A stretch of DNA of 62,563 bases from a virus (Duplodnaviria; Caudoviricetes), in the IMG/VR virus record IMGVR_UViG_3300005613_000063, positions 1 through 62,563 of that record; one strand, written 5' to 3'. The notes under the pieces are model-generated. The model was not told the origin of the DNA. It was given only the letters and a program-made list of their open reading frames with translations, and searched no databases. This document shows, piece by piece, positions 57,154 through 62,563 of the stretch. The position numbers and the translations under genes are program-made. Positions within the stretch are counted from its first letter, which is position 1, and each line of letters begins with the position of its first letter.

Positions 57154-57497
57154 ATCTGCATGAAATTTCTATGAAGTTAGTAGAGCATGGGGCTGTAGGC
57201 CTCATGGCTTATATTTTTTATAAACTATATGTAAAGGAAAAGTTGGGACGAGAAAAATCAGACGAGAGGTATGTGCGATTGCTGAAGGACTGTCTAAAAA
57301 TGACAGATTCATTTGAGGATATGTCAGGTGCTATGACTAATCTGGTTAAACACAAAGACCCATCTATTGTAGAGATACTGAACAATACAAGAGAGCTACG
57401 TAAAGACTATGACGTAGAGAAAGAAGTGCAGCAGCGATTACATTCTAGCCCATATATTCAAGTGCGTGGACGGGATAGAGGAGGCGAAAAGCCATGA
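57150..57497 (+). CDS. Small membrane protein (holin-like)
   Basis: One N-terminal hydrophobic helix followed by coiled coil. Confidence 0.5.
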   Translation: MNLHEISMKLVEHGAVGLMAYIFYKLYVKEKLGREKSDERYVRLLKDCLKMTDSFEDMSGAMTNLVKHKDPSIVEILNNTRELRKDYDVEKEVQQRLHSSPYIQVRGRDRGGEKP

Positions 57498-57856
57498 AGC
57501 AAGAGCGCACCGCAATACAAGAGCTCACAAAGCTATTTAGGGACATCGATTTGTTAACAATTGAGGAATCTAAATACATACAGACAGTGCAACTTGAAGA
57601 TGCTACACATATCCTACTTCAACTTTTATTAGAACGTGGCATTTACAATATGAAAGAAATAAAATTATTAAGGCCTGATATAGAGGCGTGGGCTAGAGGT
57701 AATATAAAGTGGGGTAAAAGAATTGAGTTGCGTAATGGTCTGTATGAAGCTATGGCTAGATATTACAAGTGTAAGATACAAGGGACCAACAATAAGATTA
57801 AAAGGAATCGCAAAGAAACAGCTGAATGGCCTGCTGTTTGCATTGAAGCAAAGTAG
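57494..57856 (+). CDS. Hypothetical protein
   Basis: Coupled ORF. Confidence 0.55.
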   Translation: MKQERTAIQELTKLFRDIDLLTIEESKYIQTVQLEDATHILLQLLLERGIYNMKEIKLLRPDIEAWARGNIKWGKRIELRNGLYEAMARYYKCKIQGTNNKIKRNRKETAEWPAVCIEAK

Positions 57857-57876
57857 ATAAAGTAAAGTGAGGCTCT

Positions 57877-58428
57877 ATGAATTCCAGTGTATCGACAGGT
57901 GTTATCATTCCTATAGAGGTAGTTCCTTTAATCAATCGTACAACGAATGCATTGGTTACAGGTGCAACGAACATCAAAGCTAAAATACGTCGGCAATCGG
58001 ATAGTCTTATCTTAGATTGGGACGATATGACGTTTAAGGCAGCACCTGTTACACAACTGTTGCAAGCCTTAACTGAAGTAGACAATGTAAATTTCCCTGG
58101 CGAATATGCATATAACTTTGATCCATCTTTAATAACTAATTATGTATCTAATGATTCATATTTTGTAACAGTTATAGAAGATGGTACTTCAATTATAGGT
58201 AATTTACCACAAGCCGGTCAGGTTGATGTCAGTCTCGCACAGGATGATGCCATATTAGCACGCAAATTAATGGACAATAAACATACATTGGAAGATGGTG
58301 ATACTAATAATATGGTAATATATGATGATAATAAAACATCTATATTGCGAATATATAATGTTAAAGATAAGACAGGAGGTCCTATTGCTATTGGAAATAG
58401 TGTACCTGCCAATCGGGAACCTGTATAG
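57877..58428 (+). CDS. Putative virion structural protein
   Basis: LTEVD...PGEY and IYDDN.T modules. Confidence 0.55.
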   Translation: MNSSVSTGVIIPIEVVPLINRTTNALVTGATNIKAKIRRQSDSLILDWDDMTFKAAPVTQLLQALTEVDNVNFPGEYAYNFDPSLITNYVSNDSYFVTVIEDGTSIIGNLPQAGQVDVSLAQDDAILARKLMDNKHTLEDGDTNNMVIYDDNKTSILRIYNVKDKTGGPIAIGNSVPANREPV

Positions 58429-58438
58429 TTAATACAAC

Positions 58439-58633
58439 ATGTTACCTACTAGAGGATATGGCGTTGGTAGTTGCATTGTTACTTGGGGCTATGGTTGTCC
58501 TTCCACCCTTCTCGCGCCTGCTACATGTAATTTTTATTCAACGATTACAAAACAGTTAAATATTGCAACACCTATAACTACTATTTTTACAGATATTTCT
58601 TTAATTGATTTAGAAATAAATTTGAATCATTAA
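58439..58633 (+). CDS. Small hypothetical protein (TRGYG/TWGYG)
   Basis: 64-aa ORF. Confidence 0.45.
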   Translation: MLPTRGYGVGSCIVTWGYGCPSTLLAPATCNFYSTITKQLNIATPITTIFTDISLIDLEINLNH

Positions 58634-58779
58634 CTGCTATTAAAATACTGTTAGAATCTAAGATCACCCTACAGCTGGATTTCTCTTCTATTCCCTGCGA
58701 TTGTTAGTCACAATATAGTTATTAGTATTTAAATACGATACTGCTGTATCATATACAGAAAACATCGAAGGAGAACGTC

Positions 58780-59289
58780 ATGCAAAATGGGCATCTATTG
58801 CGTCTTATGTTATTGATGGTATTCGTAGCAACTATTACAGCATTGTCGACGGTAACATTATGCTACGGCGCGTCTGATGCTCAAGTTGGAATAAGTACAA
58901 TCGTGACGGGCCCAATGGCACCTAAGGATGTGGGTGTTGTCAATACCATACCTGGTGCACCGCTACCTGCTGTAAATGCAGAAGATCCTGGACAAATTGT
59001 CAAATTCATATTGCAAGCTATTAAAGAATCCAAGTGGGCCTGGTTGGTCGGTCTCTTATTAATGTTGCTTACATGGCTCGTTAATAAGATATTGAAAAAT
59101 AAAATACCAAAGAAGGTGTTACCATGGATAGCAATAAGTCTGGGCGTGGCGACGAGCATAGCGATGTCCTTCGCATCCGGGATGCTTTGGTACGAAGCGA
59201 TAGGCAACGGAATATCATTAGGGCTCGCTGCCGCAGGCGGGTGGTCAGTGGTTGGCAAACAGCTGTTGCCAACGCAAAAGAAGATGTGA
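58780..59289 (+). CDS. Multi-pass membrane protein (holin candidate)
   Basis: Signal-like N-terminus plus three hydrophobic helices; AAGGAG RBS. Confidence 0.65.
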   Translation: MQNGHLLRLMLLMVFVATITALSTVTLCYGASDAQVGISTIVTGPMAPKDVGVVNTIPGAPLPAVNAEDPGQIVKFILQAIKESKWAWLVGLLLMLLTWLVNKILKNKIPKKVLPWIAISLGVATSIAMSFASGMLWYEAIGNGISLGLAAAGGWSVVGKQLLPTQKKM

Positions 59290-59294
59290 GTCAC

Positions 59295-59630
59295 ATGCAA
59301 TGGTGGAGAAGAAACTGGAGGTATATGTTGGCTTTAAGTGTGGCTTCTATTGGTTGCTTTGTAGTCGTGTTACTTTATGCGTTGAAGAAAAAGGCTGACG
59401 CTTATAAGCTTGCAGATGAGTTAAGGGTTCTGCAAGCAGGGGCAGAAGTTCAAGGCCTTCTCGCAGACAAACAAGCACGAGCTGTAAAACTAAAGACCAA
59501 TGAAGCAGAGAGTGTCAAATTAGAAAAGGAGATTGCAGCAGCGAAGAGGAAGACTGTTGCAGTCCTGCGTGAGGTTAGTAATCTATCAGACGCTGATATA
59601 TCGAGTGCCTTTAAACGGATGGGATACTGA
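59295..59630 (+). CDS. TM plus coiled-coil protein (i-spanin-like)
   Basis: MQWWRRNWRY, a TM helix, then heptads. Confidence 0.5.
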   Translation: MQWWRRNWRYMLALSVASIGCFVVVLLYALKKKADAYKLADELRVLQAGAEVQGLLADKQARAVKLKTNEAESVKLEKEIAAAKRKTVAVLREVSNLSDADISSAFKRMGY

Positions 59631-60256
59631 TGGCACATCCTCATTTCATGCATCGGTCCCGAGCAACCAAACTGATACGCATACTCCTAGTGATTATGGC
59701 ATTCACGTACGTTTTCGTTCTAAATACAGACGCGAAAGCACAAGAACGAGTTGGCTCTACACTCGGCAGTATCATACGCAAGAAGCTAAATTCCGGAAAG
59801 CTGAAGATAGAGACGAGCGTAAAGCTAAGCGCAGGTCAAAAGCTAGCACAGATTGGGCCCCAGAACATTACATGCCCATATCACGGACGCGATTTAGCAA
59901 CAAAGGAATCCTCAGGGGTTCTGTGCTTAAGGGATACCCCAGGGATGTGGTTCCCGTGGGGCGTAGCCCGCCTAATGTTACAAGATTTGGTAAGGGGTCG
60001 ATCTGCAATCAACCTCTTACCAACCCTAGAAATGCAGATGGCAAAAAAAGAGCGTACTATCTTCTTGCTAAAAGAGCAGGCACAGAGCGATCAAGAGATA
60101 TCCAACCGTTACAAGCAACTCAGCATAGCACAGCATAACCAGTTGAAATCACAGTATAAGTGGTACAAATCAAAACCATTTTGGTTCACAGTAGGGGTCG
60201 TCACAACAATAGTTGTGGGAATTACTGGTGCTAAAATTTATCAAGGATTGAAATAA
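59630..60256 (+). CDS. Protein with N- and C-terminal TM helices (spanin-like candidate)
   Basis: N-terminal signal/TM; C-terminal KWYKSKPFWFTVGVV. Confidence 0.5.
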   Translation: MAHPHFMHRSRATKLIRILLVIMAFTYVFVLNTDAKAQERVGSTLGSIIRKKLNSGKLKIETSVKLSAGQKLAQIGPQNITCPYHGRDLATKESSGVLCLRDTPGMWFPWGVARLMLQDLVRGRSAINLLPTLEMQMAKKERTIFLLKEQAQSDQEISNRYKQLSIAQHNQLKSQYKWYKSKPFWFTVGVVTTIVVGITGAKIYQGLK

Positions 60257-60894
60257 TGAGCGATACTAAAGATACGCACGATGGGCCCCCTCATAGAAAA
60301 CTCGAAGGTGAAAAAACGGCTGGTCTATCACCTTCGGGCTCCTTTTTAATTCTTAAGGGGGCCCGCTTTAAAAAATGGATAGTAGTTATACAGGCAATCA
60401 CAGTTGCTATTGTGGCTGCCTATGGTGCCACTCGATCAACCGGTGAAACGGATGCACGCATTGGTTACAACGAAACGACTAAGCATCTGCGCACCCTGCA
60501 GTCTTATGCAAAAGCCAATGACAAAGAGATAGAAGCATTACGTAGGGAAATTACTAAAGCCAACAATGAAGTGTCCATGCATTGTAAAGCGGAGGTTCAT
60601 GCCATCCGTCTCTATGTCACTGGCTACCTATTAGCATTAAGCAACAGGAGTCCTATCATTAATAGAAGGGAAGACAGAAAAACGAAAGCAGCTTTACGCG
60701 TTTTGTTGAAACAATCCGCTGCAAATGGTGTAAAGCCTAGTGATATCAAGATACTAAGGAAATCGATTATGATAAGAAAGCGACCCAAGCTTAAGTCACC
60801 TCCACCTTCTTTGGACGAGTTGCTCCAGAAGCAGAATATGTCTTCTTTGAAGCAGCAATCTTCTGCGCAATCAAAACAGCCTGCTGCGCCTTAG
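60256..60894 (+). CDS. TM plus coiled-coil protein
   Basis: WIVVIQAITVAIVAAYG helix. Confidence 0.55.
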   Translation: MSDTKDTHDGPPHRKLEGEKTAGLSPSGSFLILKGARFKKWIVVIQAITVAIVAAYGATRSTGETDARIGYNETTKHLRTLQSYAKANDKEIEALRREITKANNEVSMHCKAEVHAIRLYVTGYLLALSNRSPIINRREDRKTKAALRVLLKQSAANGVKPSDIKILRKSIMIRKRPKLKSPPPSLDELLQKQNMSSLKQQSSAQSKQPAAP

Positions 60895-61192
60895 CCTTAG
60901 CTAAGTTCTTTTCCTTTATCTTACTTCGATCTATGCCTGACTGAGCCTTTCGTGCCACCTGCTCCAAATAAATAGATACCCTCTCTATTGTGTTCAAATG
61001 AGGCGTGAACTTCTGCAGATTCTTCAAAGTAACCAGGTCCACCCCAGTTTCGCGAGATACCACCCTGAGATTCAAATCATATCTTTTGATGACCTCCATG
61101 AGCCTCCTGCCCGCCCCACGACGGGCAACAGATTGTTTATTTGCTTTTGCTGTCATGCCATTATGCCTCCTATAAGATTTTGCCCAGAACAA
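60791..61192 (-). CDS. HTH DNA-binding protein
   Basis: NLRVVSRETGVDLVTLKNL..P...TIERV (XRE-like). Confidence 0.55.
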   Translation of the reverse strand: MFWAKSYRRHNGMTAKANKQSVARRGAGRRLMEVIKRYDLNLRVVSRETGVDLVTLKNLQKFTPHLNTIERVSIYLEQVARKAQSGIDRSKIKEKNLAKAKAQQAVLIAQKIAASKKTYSASGATRPKKVEVT

Positions 61193-61248
61193 GAATGTAG
61201 TCTAGCCTAACGACTAGACCTTTATGCCCCTAATACAGGAGTAAAGCT

Positions 61249-61620
61249 ATGCCTGTCAGTTTGTATGTTAATCAAAATCGTTTCATGACGGTGCGTCATC
61301 ATGCCACCGTTATTGACAATGATACCCTGCCAATACCTATGAGTCTAGCGAATGATCAACGCTTCGATGCTCAGGGCGCACGCAATATTGTATTTTATTG
61401 GTCCAAGGTTGGCGGCGTTCTTGCCGATATGGACATAACTGTTTATTACCTAGACGGCGATGAAGGTAAGTTCTTGATCGGCGACAAGGTTTCAAGTCTC
61501 CCGCCGGACACACCGGCAGAACTTCAGTGTCTATTTTCATCTAATGCGGTCCTTGCAATATCAGGTATTGGAGCACCTGTGTCTGCGAGTTACAAAATAA
61601 GGGCTATGGGCATTACGTAG
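61249..61620 (+). CDS. Hypothetical (putative virion) protein
   Basis: AGGAG RBS; beta-rich. Confidence 0.6.
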   Translation: MPVSLYVNQNRFMTVRHHATVIDNDTLPIPMSLANDQRFDAQGARNIVFYWSKVGGVLADMDITVYYLDGDEGKFLIGDKVSSLPPDTPAELQCLFSSNAVLAISGIGAPVSASYKIRAMGIT

Positions 61621-61635
61621 GAAAGAGGCAAACAC

Positions 61636-62563
61636 ATGACAGCACGAGTTAAGGGTGTCGAGCATCTGCCACCGGCTTCGGCTGAGGCATTGATTACTAG
61701 AACTAATCTCGGTGAGGTATTAGTTCAAAAGGCAGAGCCCACCAAAGCTGATGATTCGGAAGATGCTGCCAAGGGCGGAACTGAATTAAGTACTAGGTAC
61801 ATTGATTATGTGACACCGGCTAATGATAGATCGGAATCAGAATTTCCGAACATGAGCGTAGTCAGCGGTGTGACATTCCTAGAACCACCAGAGCACCCAG
61901 AATCTATGTACAAAATGTATCAATTATCGGCATATGTTGAGCCTGTAATTGATGCCCTACAAACGAATGTTTACAAAGCGCCTTACACATTACACTCCGT
62001 GATTCCCTTTGATCGACCAATTGAAGCTGCCATCATGGTTAAAAATGCCATGATGTGGGAGCGAGTATCTCAGACTGCCCGCATTAATTTTGACAACATC
62101 CCAGAAATTTCGGATGAGGAAGTGGAAAAGCGCATCGAGATATTGAAGAAGCGTGCTGTCTTAGAAAAGCACTATCTTGATCGATTTTTTGAAGAAGCTG
62201 TCCCAGACATGTCATATCGAGAATTGGGCGCTTTGACTGGTCAAGACTATGAGATTACAGGCAATGCATATTGGGAAGTTAGTCGTGATACAGCGGGTAA
62301 TATTTCAAGATTTCAATGGGTGCCGTCTTTATCAATGCGCTGCACACCACAGAGGCACGAACAAATAGGCTCAACTAAATATGTACGCAATTCTGTTTTG
62401 AGTTGGGTTAAGACTCCACAGATCAGACGCTTTCGGCAGTATGGACAAATGCGCACTTTGCGCAATGAGACAGACATCATTGCTTGGTTCAAAGAGTTTG
62501 GTGATCCACGCGTCATGTCCAGAAAGTCAGGTAAATACTATGATACCATGGAAGAATTCCAAG
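61636..62563 (+). CDS. Portal protein (PBSX-like), partial
   Basis: Manual translation gives LEPP..P..M, D.EITGNAYWEVSRD..G.I..F.WVPS..MR and WFKEFGDPR. Confidence 0.85.
   Translation, partial: MTARVKGVEHLPPASAEALITRTNLGEVLVQKAEPTKADDSEDAAKGGTELSTRYIDYVTPANDRSESEFPNMSVVSGVTFLEPPEHPESMYKMYQLSAYVEPVIDALQTNVYKAPYTLHSVIPFDRPIEAAIMVKNAMMWERVSQTARINFDNIPEISDEEVEKRIEILKKRAVLEKHYLDRFFEEAVPDMSYRELGALTGQDYEITGNAYWEVSRDTAGNISRFQWVPSLSMRCTPQRHEQIGSTKYVRNSVLSWVKTPQIRRFRQYGQMRTLRNETDIIAWFKEFGDPRVMSRKSGKYYDTMEEFQ

Noticed and set aside
62313-62516. Minus-strand 67-aa ORF
   Set aside because: Antisense shadow of the portal gene.
1-62563. Genome-wide stop-codon reassignment
   Set aside because: Long conserved genes are intact under code 11, and TAA, TAG and TGA all end genes at plausible positions.

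Overview
This window is part of a large tailed dsDNA bacteriophage (Caudoviricetes) genome using genetic code 11. No host housekeeping genes are present. Layout: (1) 1-15.9 kb is a replication/recombination block with a family A DNA polymerase running off the left edge, a family-4 UDG split between two ORFs, a tRNA-like element, SSB-like and Sak4-like genes, SNF2, AAA_25 and intein-containing UvrD helicases, a Cas4-like nuclease and a split SF2 helicase. (2) 15.9-18.7 kb holds the terminase genes. (3) 18.7-43.8 kb is a long minus-strand run of small, mostly hypothetical genes, interrupted at about 27-31 kb by non-coding, repeat- and hairpin-rich DNA with sigma54-type promoter and IHF-site matches, possibly the genome terminus. 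(4) 43.9 kb to the end is a plus-strand late block with dNMP kinase, RlpA-like protein, two paralogous repeat-containing virion proteins, a patatin, a pseudo-receiver, membrane/lysis-like proteins and a partial portal. The strongest leads are the recursively nested, tree-like domain architecture of the 1532-aa virion protein, the split UDG-PolA, a 71-bp DnaA-box-containing inverted repeat pair 6.2 kb apart, a tRNA-like RNA with a ~65-nt anticodon-loop insert, and a sigma54/IHF/Fis-type regulatory set. All family calls come from manual motif recognition; no searches or folding programs were run.
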